Shown: positions 14,923 through 29,171 of the stretch, piece after piece | Layout: each line of letters begins with the position of its first letter | How positions within the stretch are numbered: the stretch's first letter is position 1 | Assembly: GCF_009914755.1 (NCBI RefSeq) | Contig: NC_060929.1 | Reading direction: 5' to 3' (one strand) | DNA from: the human T2T-CHM13v2.0 reference genome, Homo sapiens | Length of the DNA: 64,000 nucleotides | Made by a program: the position numbers and the translations under genes | The notes under the pieces: generated by a model | Databases searched by the model: none | Seen by the model: the letters and a program-made list of their open reading frames with translations, nothing else | Told to the model about the DNA's origin: nothing

Positions 14923-17900
14923 AGAATGAGATTCAGTTGGATAGCAGAAAGTGAGAGGATGGTTCCAGGTATGAGTTAGAAGGCATAAAGATTCAGAGAA
15001 GAGAAAACATGGTAACTGAACCGCAAAAGGCTAGGACTGAAAGGAGTACGTAAGGAGTGAAAGCGGGAGGAGAAGGAAGAGGTGAAATCTAGAATTCCAT
15101 TGAGTCCCTCCATTGTCCTATAGTTCTGCCAAGCTTCAAGGATGCTGTCTCCTAGATCTGAAAACAAGGGCACACCCTTCCTGAGTGTGCATTCCTTCCT
15201 CACATTATTTTCCCAGTCTTAGGAATGCAAATGTTCTAATCTGGGCAGTTACCACAGCAGTCTTGATGTCTCCTCCACTGTATTAAATGCTCCTCTGTAG
15301 CTCCCTTAGGTCGTTCTTGAGAATAGCTGCAGATGTATTTTCCCTATTTTCAGAGGACAAGGGAATTAAATTGCATGGCACTCTAGGCCTGACTTTGGGC
15401 TTGAAGAAGCCTGGTATTCTGGATAGAAGGCTGACTGTCATCTTTTGCATACATCCTGCTCAGCGCTCCTGCTGGCTGAAGTGTGTTAGCTCCAGTCTCT
15501 GTATGCCTAGAATCCATCTCCCTTTCTTTAGTCACCAAAGGTGGACATGTGATGCACACTCAGCTCATCCAAGACCCCAGGCCCCATCCACAGTGATGGG
15601 TCTAGGGAAAGGCATGTGGCTCAAGCCAGGCCCAACAGAAGTCCTTCCCTGAGGGTTTTCTGGTACAAACGGTACAGAAGACCCTTCTCTGGTTACAAAC
15701 CAGTAAGGATATGGTGCCAATCTGCCAGGGCTCCATCACAAGGGCACACCTGAAAGAAGCTGCAAGATGCAGAGGTGAGATGTGGATGAAGACAAGACCT
15801 AGTGGGCTCTGAGCCTGGGGTCTTTCGGGCCATCCTACCTCAAGGCTCTGCACTGCCAATGTTGTTGCTTGTTGGTTCATTTTCCCTTATCCTGCATTTC
15901 TTTAATTTCTGTCAATGATAATCCTGAGAGTCCTAAAAAAACCAGTTCCTCTAGGGTGGAAGTAGTCAGACCCCCATGAGACCACACACAGCCCCTGTGA
16001 TAATTCCTAGAGTTTCTTTCCAGCAGCTGGGGTGACATTAGAAAGGTAGAGGAAGTGAAGAGAGCATCTCTCCTTCTCAGAGTGAAGACAGAGCATCTGA
16101 TATGTATGATCAGCTTCCAAGTTGGAAAGACTCTTGTTCTGGTTTTGTCTTCATCTCTTAACTCTTAGATCACAAGTTCTTTAAACTCTTTCCCTTGACG
16201 TCAAATGGGATACCACTAATACCCTCCCTCACAGGGTTGGGAAGATAAATTGAGGATGCTGGAGAAAGAACCTGCCCAGCACATAGTACAGTACAAAACA
16301 CTGCTAATTTTCTTTCATTTTAAGTTCTACTGAAGGCCAACTCATCTAAGAGTATGTCACAATCTATGAAAAATCCAGGAGAGGAGATATCTGAGCCAAG
16401 AGCTTTCCCAGTGTGATCAAAAGAAAAAAAAAAGTGACAGCCTGTCCTCACCTGTCCCACCTGCATATTTCCAGATCTCTCTCCGCTCTTTATCCCATGG
16501 AGCTGAAGCTCAACAAAGACGAATGATTAAAAAAAAAATCTTCCTCTAAAATGCAACTCCCTTTGACATGCATATGATGAAAATACCCTTTGCTCTTTTC
16601 ACAACTGTTTGGCTGTTCTTGGCTCCTGACTGTGTGTTCCATAAATGTATGTTCATTTTAGATGGCAAATACTTCAAAGGCAGAAGGTGGGTCTGTGGAT
16701 CCCACTTCCTGCAGAGCTCTGAGGAATACCATAGACAATGAACAATGATGGCAATGATGGAAAGCTTGGGTCTGTGTCTTAGTCATGGGAAGAAGGAACA
16801 AAATGAAGAAGGGCCAGATGAGCCCTTAATATGAGTCAGAGAATAGACTGATACTTACAATACACCATTATCCTTGACTGTCTCCACAACTCTGGCTGTT
16901 GCTATATCCATTTACGCAGTGAATACTGAGGCTTAGAAAAACAAAATTATGGACCTATGTGGTGGAGGTGGGATATGGTAGTGTGGCTTCAAATCTGCGG
17001 TTTCCCCTCTTCCCACTCCTAGTACACAGAAAGGTTAATGGGTTAGGCAATTTGGGTTATCAGCGCCACCATCTAAATTTTAGCTTGAGCAAATTATTTA
17101 TCATCTCTGAGCCCCATTTCCTCCATAATAAAATGAAATGGTAATACCCATTTCCCAGGATAATTATGAAGATTAAAGGAGATTCTGAAGATTATGGCAT
17201 TTAGAGCCCCTGGTGCTTTGTAAGCGTTCAACAAATAATAGTTGCTGCTTCGTGGTTGTGTTATTGACTATTATTTCCACTATATCTTCTCGTCTTCCTA
17301 TGTTCACAGCCTAATGACTATTTTGCAAGAGGTACTTTTGGTCTCTGTTTTCACCCTGAGATGTCTGTGGCTTCCACAGACAAGCTGGTAATATCTGCAG
17401 GCCTTTCCTACACACCACCTTTCTTTCCTTCGCCTGTTTCTGAAGCTCAGGGCAACAGAATCTGGCCCCAGGCTACCCCAAAGCCTAGAGAGCTGCTCCT
17501 GCAGGGTGAGAGCCATGACTATGTCTCCATGTTGGCTGCAGCAGGGCTGGTGACTTCCACGTCCCCCATAAGGAAGCCATATGGACCTTGCTCTCTCTCC
17601 AGCAGTCAGCACCGCTCAGGCAACAAAGTCCATGAAGTAAGCTCTTTATCACCCAGGGTTTCTTCTCTTTGGCTTTTCTGTTGTTGTTTGATAAACATTT
17701 GTAATGTTTCTCAACAGCTAAAGTACTTCTGGGCCTGCTCCACCACCAAGCCCACAGTGAGTGCAGATTGAAGGAAACCAAGTCCTCCACTCCTCTTCTT
17801 GCTTTCTGTGCCTCTGCCTTGACTGCTCACATGTCTCCTCTCAGCAGCTCTTTTGCAGAGAGAGGGAAGGCCTGGATAAGTCTCCCCAAGAAAGCCAATG

Positions 17901-18274
17901 CCTTCTTCCTTCTTTTTCTCAGGAAACAGTGAGGTTTACCTGAAAGAAGGTAGAATTTAAAGCCTGACGGGCAAGGTATGAATGCCAGGTCTGCGATTTA
18001 TTCGCTGAATGAGCTTGCCTAAAACACCTTTCAGAGTCTCGATTTTCTCTTCCGTCAAATGGGTTTCTAATACTTACTAGCCACCAGATTGTGGAGAGAA
18101 GATGCAATGAATAGAGGCAGAAGCAATACAGAGTAAGTGATAACCATCCTAGATCCTTCGAATTTCCTTACTATGGCATTGAATTGTTTGAAAGAAGTTA
18201 AGAGGAGTGACCTAAATTAATCCCTCCATTTCCATATAAAATATTTGACATTTTTTCTTCTGGTAGAATAAGGA

Positions 18275-18470
18275 TCAGAGATCAGTAACATTTTTCTGTA
18301 AAGGGCCAGTATAGTCTCAGCCACAACTATGTAACGTTGCCCTGTAGCACCAAAGGGGCCATATAGCATATGTAAATGAATAGGTGTGGCAGTGTTCCAA
18401 TAAAACTTTATTTACAATAGCAGGTGGCAGTGGGCTGGACTGGCTCACAGGCTGTAGTCTGCCCAGGCTT
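18275..18470. mobile_element. MER58A-like hAT MITE
   Basis: tttttctgtaaagggccag...gtgtggcagtgttccaataaaactttatttacaa..gcagg...ggctgtagt. Confidence 0.8.
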
Positions 18471-21400
18471 GGGTTTGGAGCTGGTGAAGAACATGCCCCT
18501 GGTGAAGAAAACTAGAGGGCCAACCTCCCTCTTTCTGCCAGCACCCTCTTAGAAATCCACCTCGAGGGCTCCAGAGGCAGAGCCCATGAAAGCCACTGAA
18601 ATCCCCCCTCTGCCTTTGAGAACTGGAGGTTTAGATTTATAGGCATGACAATTTGTTTCACATAATTCTGTCAGTAATTACATCGACTTCCACCAGCAGC
18701 CATTAGGTAAATGATTTGGCCCTTTCCCCTGAGTAATATTTTCCCCCACTGAAATAAATGGAGGGTGCATTTCTCTCCCATAAGTTAAGCATATTATTTG
18801 CCTCATCACACAAGGCAAATGCAGTAGCTCTGAGCTATTAGTCTATCACTGCAGCAATCAGACGGCCAGGAGCCAGAAGTAATTTACAACAGGGAAGTAA
18901 ACAGGGCCCCAGATAAATAAATAAGAGGCCTGGGCTGATCTGGGGCCTGAAAAGATTAAGTCATGAGAGTATCTAACGAGAGATTTAGTGCTAAGTGAAC
19001 TAGGACCAAAGCAGCATCCCATGGAGGAATCAAATTATATCACTGGAAAGAGATATTATTGAAGTCCCTCATGCTGAGCGGGGAAATCAGCACTTCTTGG
19101 GAGGGGAGGGCTACCATCATTAGCATAGCAATTTGGGACTCCTCACTGGAGTCTGGCTAAGTAGCTGCAGGTAAATGAGTTATATATAGTAGGTAAGCAG
19201 GGTGCAGTGACCCTGCCCACCAGGAAAGCCTGGTCAGGTCCTCAGTGGCTGTGGGATTCTAAGTACCAGGCTGGGGTCTTTTCTTAAATACAAAGGCTCC
19301 TTATAAAGGAGAAGTAACTATCTGGGATGGAAAAGAAAATGATGCCGATTCAAAGCTGACTTTAGCTTTTTAACTTCTGAAATGCCTAGAGGGTGGAGAC
19401 TGGACTCCTAATGGATTGTCTTCCCTAGAACTGCTGTGAGCTCTGGGAAGCAGTCACTGTCACCCCCACCTCAAGGAGACTTCCTTTCTCTTCCCTTCCT
19501 TTGGATGGCACTGCCACTCTCCCAACAGCAGGATGGAATCCTTAGGGAGTCATCTTCCAATTTTTCCTTCTGATTGCCTCTTCTGTTGGTTCTTTCCTTG
19601 GAATCACTCTCACGTGAGGTTTGTCCTTTCAGCTCCTTTCCTTGAGAAAAAAAGTACATCATGACAGCAACCACGTGGAGGCAGTCCTAGTGCTTTGGTA
19701 GAACCACTCACAATTTTTCTACAGGTGAGAATTGCTAATCCTTAGTTTCTGCAGCAAATCTATCACCAGTATCATCAACATCCTTTTCTTAAAAAAGTAA
19801 CTGCTATCCCAGCTGGCCCAAACCAGGGAAGCATCAATCCTTTACTTCTTGTAAGCTAAGATTCTGTCTTCTGTGATTCCCCTGTCGCTTAATGAAAAAT
19901 CACGGCTAAGGTAAGCAGGTACCTTTGGGCTGTGCCCACAGCAACAAACCAGAAATCTGAGTGCTGAGGTTTGTGAGTCCCCTACTGCTCCCTGCCTCAG
20001 TTTCTCCAATTGTAAAATGAGGGCATTGATATAGAAATTCCAGAAGGTGCCATTCAGCTCTGGCATTCTATGAAGGTGGCTCCTTACACACTGAACGGTT
20101 GCTGTAGAGACAAGAGCTTACACAGAGCTTGGCACAGAATGGAGAGTCACACGTGCGATCAGAGATTCTTCCAGCTGCTTTGGGAGGAGCCAGAAAAAGA
20201 CTAAAACAAACCTGAGATATACCGCACCCCACCACACACACACGATTCTTATTTTCTTTCTTTCCTTTCTATTACCAGATCTCTATCTTTAGCACCCCTA
20301 TTCCCTGTTTAATTTTATTGTTGCTGTTATCCTTTCTTCCTTCCTCCCCTTCTTCCATTCTTCAGGTTGTCTTCCTTTCTTTCCATTCTATAATCCTTCC
20401 CCCACCCAATTCATTTAATGAATATATCCTCACTCACAAGACACCTCTTCTATTTCTTTGTGACATGGATTAAAGATAGTGATGAAGTCAGGTTGTTCCT
20501 AACAGCAGCCTCTCTCATTGACTTTATTGCTCTTGAGCAAATAAAGAGAGTCTCAAGAGCTCACATTCTTCGGTGCAATGTGGGTGACGGGCCCATGATT
20601 GAATGATGGTAGGTTTGCAGAAAGGAGAAGTGACAGGTAGGGGTGCGGGGGCAGGATGTAGGAGAAGAACAAACAGTAGGTTGGTGGTACAGCTTTATAC
20701 AACACCAAGCCAGAGTCTCAGAGTTAGTTTGGAAAACATTAATATTTTGTTGCACCAGTGTGGTTCTGGTTCAATTATTTTAGAAGATATGGTTCATTTC
20801 AGGTCTGGACTAATTCACCAGAGGTCTTTCAAACAACCTCTGGTTTAGATCTCAGATCAAGAAAAAAAAATAATTTGGAAGTTTAGGTCAATGTTCAATA
20901 AATTAGTGAAACCTATTCCTTTTTCTTTTTTTTTTTTTTTTTTTTCCAGACCAAGGCTTGGTTTTTGTTTGAGTCTCCACAGGTTATTTTTGTAAAGCCT
21001 TCACTAAGGTGAGGCCTCCAATAGCTAGACAATCCCTTTCAATGTCTATTAGAAGTTAAAAAATCAATGAGGCCTAGAGATGAAGCCAACACAGCTTATC
21101 TTTCCATTTCACTGTATCACAGAATATTATTCCCAGATCTTTGAAACTGCATCAAAAACAACATTCCCCTCCCCAGCTCTCAGTCTCAAGCACTGGCTCA
21201 CATCTGCTTGAAGAGATTCTAGCATAGGCTGTTTCTTTCTCTTTGGTGGGAGACCCACTGTTGGAGTATGAAATCCTCCTGCCACCGAGTTAGTTTTATT
21301 CTCATTTGTGTGTGCTTGTGTGAGTGTGCATGAGCATATGTGTGTGTGTGTGTCTGTGCACACATGCTGTTAACTAGTCATTCGGGGCTTTTGCAGGGCA

Positions 21401-21489
21401 ATGAGGAGAGAGCTCTGGTTTGGAACAAAAGGCACCTTTGACCATATAGTGAGAGGGAATAGCAGATTTTGGAGAGACCAGGTTCCTTC

Positions 21490-22260
21490 TCTCATTTGCT
21501 CATTTCCAGAGTGTGTAGCTAGTACCCACCATGTGCTAGATGCAGTGGTAGGTAACTGACTGTAGAGTCAACAAAACAGATAAAATCCCTGCATTCAAGA
21601 AGCTTACAATCTATGGGGGGATGAAAGAGCAAAATACAAACAAGTAAACAAATAAATGAGCAAAAAGAATTTCAGGTAGTGATAAGTGCTATGAAGAAAA
21701 TAGAGCAGGATCATCTTGTAGACAGTGACCAATGAGGAAGGGGACCATGACTGCAGACAGGGTTGTCATGAGAGAGTTCTCTGAGGAAGTGATGGCTGAG
21801 CCAGGACTTGAATTTCAGGAAGGATCTGGCCACACTGACATTTGAGGTCAGCATATCCCAGGCAGAAGGAACAGCAAAGCCAAGAAGAGAATTGTTGGAG
21901 CAACAGGAAGAAGGCTCATGATGCTTCAGTGCAGTGGATGTGGGGAGAGTGGCATGAGATGGCACTAGGACAAGTACCAGGGGTCAGATGATGTAGTGCA
22001 GGAGCTTAGGATGTCTTCTCAGGACTATGTAAAGTCATTGGAACTTTTAACTGGGGAAAAGAGGAGATCTGATTTCCCTTAAAACAATAATTGCGGCTGT
22101 TAGATTGACAATGAACAACACAGGAATAGGAGACACAGCAGGAAGATTACTGAGGTCCTTGAAATCCAGCCAGAAGGACTGCTGGTCCACGGTGATGGCA
22201 ACAGAGACAAAAGGTGGTGAACATATTGGTAATGCATGGTGAAGACAGAGATGGCAAATT
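21490..22260 (-). mobile_element. L2 fragment
   Basis: aaaacagataaaatccctgcattcaagaagcttacaatcta...gataagtgctatgaagaaaata...ctctgaggaagtga...ccaggcagaaggaacagcaa. Confidence 0.8.
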
Positions 22261-23109
22261 CTACCCAATATGCACATCACTCACATCAACAGCTCTCTAC
22301 TCAGGGAGGAACTGGAGAACAGAATATTCCCTGAGCAACTCTGTCTTTCCCTGCTGCTTCTTTTTCTAGCCCCATTAGACCTAATGATCTCCCACCTTTC
22401 ACTCTCATTTAAATAAAGGAAGTGTCACACATAAGGGAAAAGGATCTGCAGAGAATACCATTAGCAATGGAACCCCTAACAATTATTTCCTAAGATAATG
22501 TTGTTTGATGGCTACGCCCTTGAGAACTGGTGGTTGGCAATGGTCTGTTCTGAGTTCTAACATGAAATGAAAGTCCCTGAAGGTCTCAGTTGGAAGCCTG
22601 ACCCATGCACATCTCTTCCAGGGAAAAGAGAGCTCTCCCTGGAGGCCAGAAAACATTTACAGTAATAATTTACTGTCTCTGACACAGATCTGCCACTATC
22701 ATCTCTATGGACCAAAAACACCAATTATGAGCCAAGAAGTCAAAGAGCTTCCCCCAACCATCACTGCAGCTGCCTTTCTAATCCCTAATATCTCACCATA
22801 GCATTGCCCAATAATTTGAGCTAATTTAATAGTCAATGTCTTGCACTAAAGTGAAATTATATCTGTGAGTTAATTCAGCAGCCCAAAAAGGATCTTCATT
22901 TATCTGTCTGGGATTCTCCTATAGAGAGGTTTTGTGTGTGTGTGCGTGGTACGTTAGGTGTATGTGCCTGTGCTTTTAACAAAAAGGAGTCAGAGTGGGA
23001 GACAGATATAGGAAGAAGACTATTAGAGCAATATCAGTAAAACTGATGATTTTTCATTTCTCTCTAGATTGCTACCACTGGTTTTCATCTTTAAAAAATT
23101 ATTAAAGTT

Positions 23110-23406
23110 GGCCGGGTGCAGTGGCTCACACCTGTAATCCCAACACTTTGGGAGGCTGAGGTGGGCGGATCACGAGGTCAAGAGATCGAGACCATCCTGG
23201 CCAACATGGTGAAACCCTGTCTCTACTAAAAATACAAAAAATTAGCTGGGTGTGGTGGCGCGTACCTGTAGTCCCAGCTACTCAGGAGGCTGAGGCAGGA
23301 CAATCGCATGAACCTGGGAGGTGGAGGTTGCAGTGAGCCAAGATCGTGCCACTGCCACTCCAGCCTGGCGACAGAGCGAGACTTCATCTCAAAAAAAAAA
23401 AAAAAA
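23110..23406 (+). mobile_element. Alu (Sc-like)
   Basis: gatcacgaggtcaagagatcgagaccatcctggccaac. TSD aaaaaattatt(a/g)aagtt. Confidence 0.95.
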
Positions 23407-26199
23407 TTATTGAAGTTAGATTTATCTGAGTATCTTGATCCACAATACAGTTTCACAAATCCCAAATTGAATGAGACTGAGATAGAAGAGATTAGTCATA
23501 GGTTATCCTTGTACTCTCTTGAAAATCCAGTTTTCTTCTTTAGACAGAGCATTTTGACCTCCAAAAGTCAAGATGTTCCCTTTATCTGGAGAAACGTTGG
23601 CATGATTCAACATATATTTCAATCAAAAGCTGACTCGTTGACTAAAAATTCAAGTCCAGAGCCCCAGACACGCCAACAAGAGGCCAAACCATCAGTTCAA
23701 CAGCAGGATATTCCACTTGGCCAACCGTGGGGAGAGTTTTTGGCTACGCAACAGGCAGTGCTAATCAAGGGGCGGGAGGGCCACACTTCTAAGCAGGCTT
23801 CATCACCATAAGTAGGGTGAGGAGAATTAGAAAAGGAACGATGGGAAAAAAGAAACATCATGAATAAAACATCAGAATATTATTCTAAACCATGAATCAA
23901 AAACTCAGGTCCAGCTCACCAAATTTAGGCAAGGAGCATGAAATTGACTTAAACGTCTCCATTTCTATTTGGTTTGGACAGTGCTGTGTTATCATAGCTT
24001 TGCTGTTGTTAATATTGTATCAACACTTTCATTACAGACCTCAACCTCCTGGACTTTGTAAATGAACTGCAAACCTTACAAATGGAATTTAATGTTCAAA
24101 TCCAAGATACTGAGTCCATAGGAAAGCCAGAAGAAAGACAAAGTTACAGATGTTTTTGGTGATTTGAAATTATGCTAGAATTTGGGGCATCAAATTAAAA
24201 TACTATTTGTCCCCTGGAGGGATTCCCAAATGTTGGTTGAAAATGAGAGATAATTAGGCTCTTTAGAAATGTTTCTGTTGATGCTGAATGTGGTTCAGGA
24301 ACAAATATTTCAAGATTATTGATGTGGGTACATTTGCATCTTTCAGACAACTGAAGAATGTGTGTTTGGGTTCTGCTCACCTCAAAAGGTTGTTATTTTT
24401 CTATATACAATGCAATATTTCCCTAATATTTAATTCCATGGATAGTTTCTAACTCCAGATAAAGAGAATGAAGAATGGTATGGGTGAAGGCTGGCTTCTG
24501 GTTCTCGTTCTTAACAAAGAGATGACTATTTGAGTACCCTTGGTGATGCCACAAAACCCTGCCTAGGCTGGCCAACCCCACCACAGGTCACAGGGTGCTG
24601 AGAGCAGCACTGATTTTGTGCAGAAAGGGCTCAGCTGTCACAGTTTCAACTCCACAGGTGGGTCCCAGCCAAGGAAGTCTGAGAAAGAGCGAGGTGGCAA
24701 GAAGCCCACACTTATACCCTCCGGGCTCAGGTTAGACATTTCTGGGTTCTATACTCAGCATCCCAACCACCAGCACATTGGAGTGACACACACAGTAGGC
24801 GTTCAACAATACTTTAGTTGTCCCTGGACACACACTTCTCTTCCTAGAAAGGGGGCAGGAATGTTAACAACAGGGAATTGACTGAGTCCCAAGTATAAGC
24901 TGGGTGTTTGTTTTATTTTTCCATTTTCCTCACTCACTACTTTCATATGTAGTAAAGAGAGTACACTGATGTATGAAGGCTTTCAGCTGTATGTGCGAGG
25001 AGGTGAGCTTGTCTTGCCATCAGCTGTTCAATGTACCACCATGGCCAAGATTTAGGAGGTTTTTCTGAAGCCCTTAGACATACAACCCTTTCTCCCTACA
25101 TGCCTCCTTTCTTGCAGTGAGGGATTCAGTTGGTCCCAGATTTCACCATTATCTCTAATGGTCCAGTGCTGTTCAACAAAGGTTGGTCTGATTTCCTTAA
25201 AGGATGGCTTTTCTCACTCTGGTCCATGGCATGACTCTAGGATGACACAAACATCTTCAGAAAACCATCTTGGAAGGCCCACCAAGTAAACCAGCAAAAG
25301 CCCTTACCTTCAAACCAAAGAAAATACTAAATCCATGAAATCACTTAAGCCACCCTTCCAAAGAGAAGGAGATTCAAAATGTTTTATGCAGCAACCTATA
25401 AGAAACTCATTTTGTGGGATGTTTCACATTCCAGACCATGGTTTATTCCCCCATATATCCCTTCCAGTAATATCAACCAGATGTGGCAAAGAAGTCTGTG
25501 CAGAATTGTAAAAATTACAAGCATATTCTGTAATTCCAAAGCATTGTAAAGTCACAGCTTGGTTTTCTTTCCTTCTTAAAAAAAATTTAAAAACAATTTC
25601 CAAGCTGGCAGAATGTACTTCTCAGTACAAGTATTGCCCGATCACTTTAGAAAACTCTTCTGCTGGCCCACAGGGCTGAAGAGACTAAAATGTAAAACCC
25701 AACTCTACCTTTGATAAATTGTAGGGAATTTAGAAAGGTCTACTTGCTAGCATGTATTTAGGTCTATAAATCTTTTTCTTTCAATGTTTCAAGTATTAAT
25801 ATCCTAGATCTCAGATAAGAGCACGTGCTTATATATACTCATATGCGCTTATAAGTTCAAAATACTGAACCATGAAAGCTTCATAAATTTATGATTGTTA
25901 TCCCTCTCCCATTCAAGATGTGTTTCTGCATAGAAAGCACATCATAAGGTAGGGAAAAAACTCACAGGAGTAAGAGGGTGAGAAAGTCAGAGAGACCTGG
26001 GTTCATTTCTGGTGAGTGAGTGAAACTCAAGCCCAGTTTCCTCATCAGTGTAGCAAGCATAAAAACACCTTTCATGCAGGATTCTTGGGAGGACTGAAGG
26101 AGTTGGCATCAACATAAGGTACCTAGCACACATTAGGTGCTCAAAAGATGTTTGGTTCCTTCCTTCAAAATATATAAAATAACAGGGGCTATATGAGAT

Positions 26200-26555
26200 C
26201 GATGTTTCTTAAAGTATGCCCCTAAGTGACACACAACAAAATCACCTAGGGTGCCTATTTACAAAGTCAAATCCCCCGGTCCATTCCAAATCTAATGAAC
26301 CAGACTTCCCGGCTGTGTGGCCTGGGATGCAGCATTTTAACCATCCTTTCAAGATATTTGTTTCTATATGCTAAGTTTAAAAACCAACCATAGCCTAGGT
26401 CCTTGCTCTGCTGTGGTGCTAGGCCAGCACAATCACTTCGGAATATGTTAGACATGCAGATTCTTAGGTCGTGTTCCAGACTTACACAATCAGAATCCAC
26501 ATTTTAACAAGATCCTTAGGTGTTCAGATACATACTAAAGTTTGAGAAGCACTGG
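26200..26555. mobile_element. Two adjacent MER5-family hAT MITEs
   Basis: Two copies of the pattern ...cattttaac(c/a)a(t/g)... ending ctaagtttaaaaacca (~26387) and ctaaagtttgagaagcactg (~26554). Confidence 0.75.
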
Positions 26556-27494
26556 TCTAGATTGCTATTCCTAGCTCAAAAATTCTGTAATGCAAGAATC
26601 TACAAGGCAATTTAAATGTTGGCTTTGTTATCAACTCTGTGGCAAGTCCACAGGCTTCTATGCTCAGCTGGACACATCCTATCGGAGGAGAGAGACGACA
26701 CCTCCCAGGCCTTCATCCCTGGCTCTGGCTTCAGGTACTACAGAGAGAATGACACAGCAACCACCATAATCCATTCTCTGTCCACACACAGATTAAAGCA
26801 AAACCTGTCTTCAAAAGCATCACAAACTCTGGAATTGATGACATGTGCCATAAAGCAAACACAAGGCTGGCCTCACTGCAGTGTTCAGCGTTTGGGGGAA
26901 CAAGGAGAAAAATCAGGAAATCGGGACTCAGTTGGCAGGGACATTTTCCATGAGCTTTGGGTGGCTGTGTCCCTGAAAAAACGTGACCCCATGTATGAGA
27001 TGGTGAGGCTGGTCTTGCCGTCCCCCGGCCTCTGAAATCCATGCCAGCGCACAAGGGAGCAGGTCTCTGCATCCAGCTTCAGGCAGGTGGGCAGCCTCTG
27101 AAGCCCCACACCAGCCTGATGGATTGGTTTTTCTGTTGTGCTATTATCATTTCACCACATCAGACAATAACTCCACTGGAAAATTGGGTAGTATGGTTTT
27201 TGTTTTCTCCACTGGTTTTTCACTTTTATAGCACTGTTTCACATCAATGCAGAGTTTTATAGGGACACATATTGCATGTAGTTATGTTTTAAAGTTTAGT
27301 GCCGAATTGGAAGACTAAGGTGGCTGCAAAGGGCTCTGTGAGTAGCAGAAAGCACTACCTAGAGGTACAGGGCTCCAGTCATTCAACAACTCTGAGCTCT
27401 TTTAGGGCTTCATAGAGATAAGGGAGCTAGCATTTACTAAATTCCTAACTAGGCGCCTGGCACTTTAGTTAGTAACTTCTCAAAAGTACAGTAC

Positions 27495-27715
27495 AGGAAT
27501 CACGGTTAGGAATGTGGGCTCTGGTGTCAGGCAAGCTTGAGTTTCAACTTTGGCTCAGCCAGTTACTGGCTCTGTGACCTTGGGCAAGCTGTCTAAATCT
27601 CTAGGCCTCTGTTTCTGTATCTCTAAAATGGGGATAATATTGTATCTACCTCTGAAATCTGAGAGGAAGTGACAGAATATAGGTGAAGCACTTTGCAGAG
27701 GACCTGCCCCTAGTA
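27495..27715 (+). mobile_element. MIR
   Basis: ggttaggaatgtgggctctggtgtcagg...tgtgaccttgggcaag...ctaaaatgggataat. Confidence 0.8.
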
Positions 27716-27744
27716 AATTCACCACACATATTTGGGAACTGATT

Positions 27745-28138
27745 AAGGCTGAAATGCCCCTGACCCTCCCTCCCCGAAATGCTTATGTTGAAACCCTAAT
27801 CCCAATACCTCAGAATATAACCATATTGGAGATCAGGTTGTTAAAGTGGCGATCAGGTTAAAATGAGGCCATTAGGGTGGATCCCTAATCCAACATAACT
27901 GGTGTCCCCATAAGAAGAGGAGGAGACATCAGGGTTATGCTACCACAGAGGCACAACCACGTGAGGAGGCAGCAGGGAAGGTGGCTATCTGCAAGCCAAG
28001 GAGAGAGGCACCAGGAGGAACTAATCCAGCCAGCATCTTGATCTTGGACTTCTATCCTCCAGAACTGTGAGAAAATACATTTCTGTAGTTTAAGCCACTC
28101 GGTGTGTGGTATTTTGTGATGGTAGCTGAGCAAGCTAT
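27745..28138 (+). mobile_element. MaLR solo LTR (MLT1B/C-like)
   Basis: tatgttgaaaccctaatccc...aaaatgaggccattagggtgg...atctgcaagccaaggagagagg...ccagaactgtgagaaaatacatttctg..gtttaagccac. Confidence 0.88.
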
Positions 28139-28754
28139 TATAGGAGCTATGATTAGCATTCCTATTGTGTAGCTAACCAACACAAGACTGAAAAAGGTGA
28201 GGTCACTTGCCCAGGGTCACCAGAAGGTGGAATTCAAACCCAGGTCTGTCTGGTTCCCAAGTTTCTGATCCTTGCTCTAATATTGGACTGCCTCAAAGAA
28301 ACATGAGATAATGGTTCTGAATGCAGCTCCCAATTTGTGTGGGCTTGGAGCATGTATACACGACACCTGTGATAAAAGCAGAAAATGGTGAATATGAAGA
28401 GGCGGCGCAGACTAGCCAAGATGAGAGTTCAGAGGAGGACTCAGCCCTGGGAAGCAAGTTCCCTGGAAGCTGGAGTCTAGCAGCCTTGAACTTTTTGGTG
28501 GGGAATCTGCTCCACCATGATAACAGCGCCAGTGACTTGGGGCTAAGTTGGTTGGCCACATTGCATATAGTTGTCGGGTGCCTGGGGATTAACTTTCCAA
28601 GTCACTTGCAACTCCACTGCCCAAGTGAATGACAGCAGGTTTAGCCTCAGTGGCATTTTTTTTTTTTAAAGCTGTCAAATACCTCGTATAACTGAATGGA
28701 GAATAAATAAGTCCTCCATCTGGCTGTGAGTACAACTGCTTATGCAGCTATAGG

Positions 28755-29051
28755 TTTTTTTTTTTTTTTTTTTTTTGAGACGGAGTCTCACTTTGTCAGC
28801 AGGCTGGAGTGCAGTGGCATGATCTCAGCTTACTTCAACCTCTGCCTCCTGGGTTCAAGCGATTCTCCTGCCTCAGCCTCTGAGTAGCTGGGACTACATG
28901 CACGCACCACCACACCCTGCTAATTTTTGTGTTTTTAGTAGAGACAGGGTTTCACCATGTTGGCCAGGATGGTCTCTATCTCTTGACCTCGTCATCCGCC
29001 CACCTTGGCCTTCCAAAGTGCTGGGATTACAGGTGTGAGCCACCGCGGCCG
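28755..29051 (-). mobile_element. Alu (Sc-like)
   Basis: Poly-T plus antisense dimer. TSD gcagctata. Confidence 0.95.
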
Positions 29052-29171
29052 GCAGCAGCTATAAGTTTTAAACCATTACCAAATATGGAACACACTATTT
29101 GAACCTGAATCTGGGATAGGTGGGCCAAAAGGAGCCCCTTGGTCTGCTCATCCTTATAGGGCAAGGATAAA

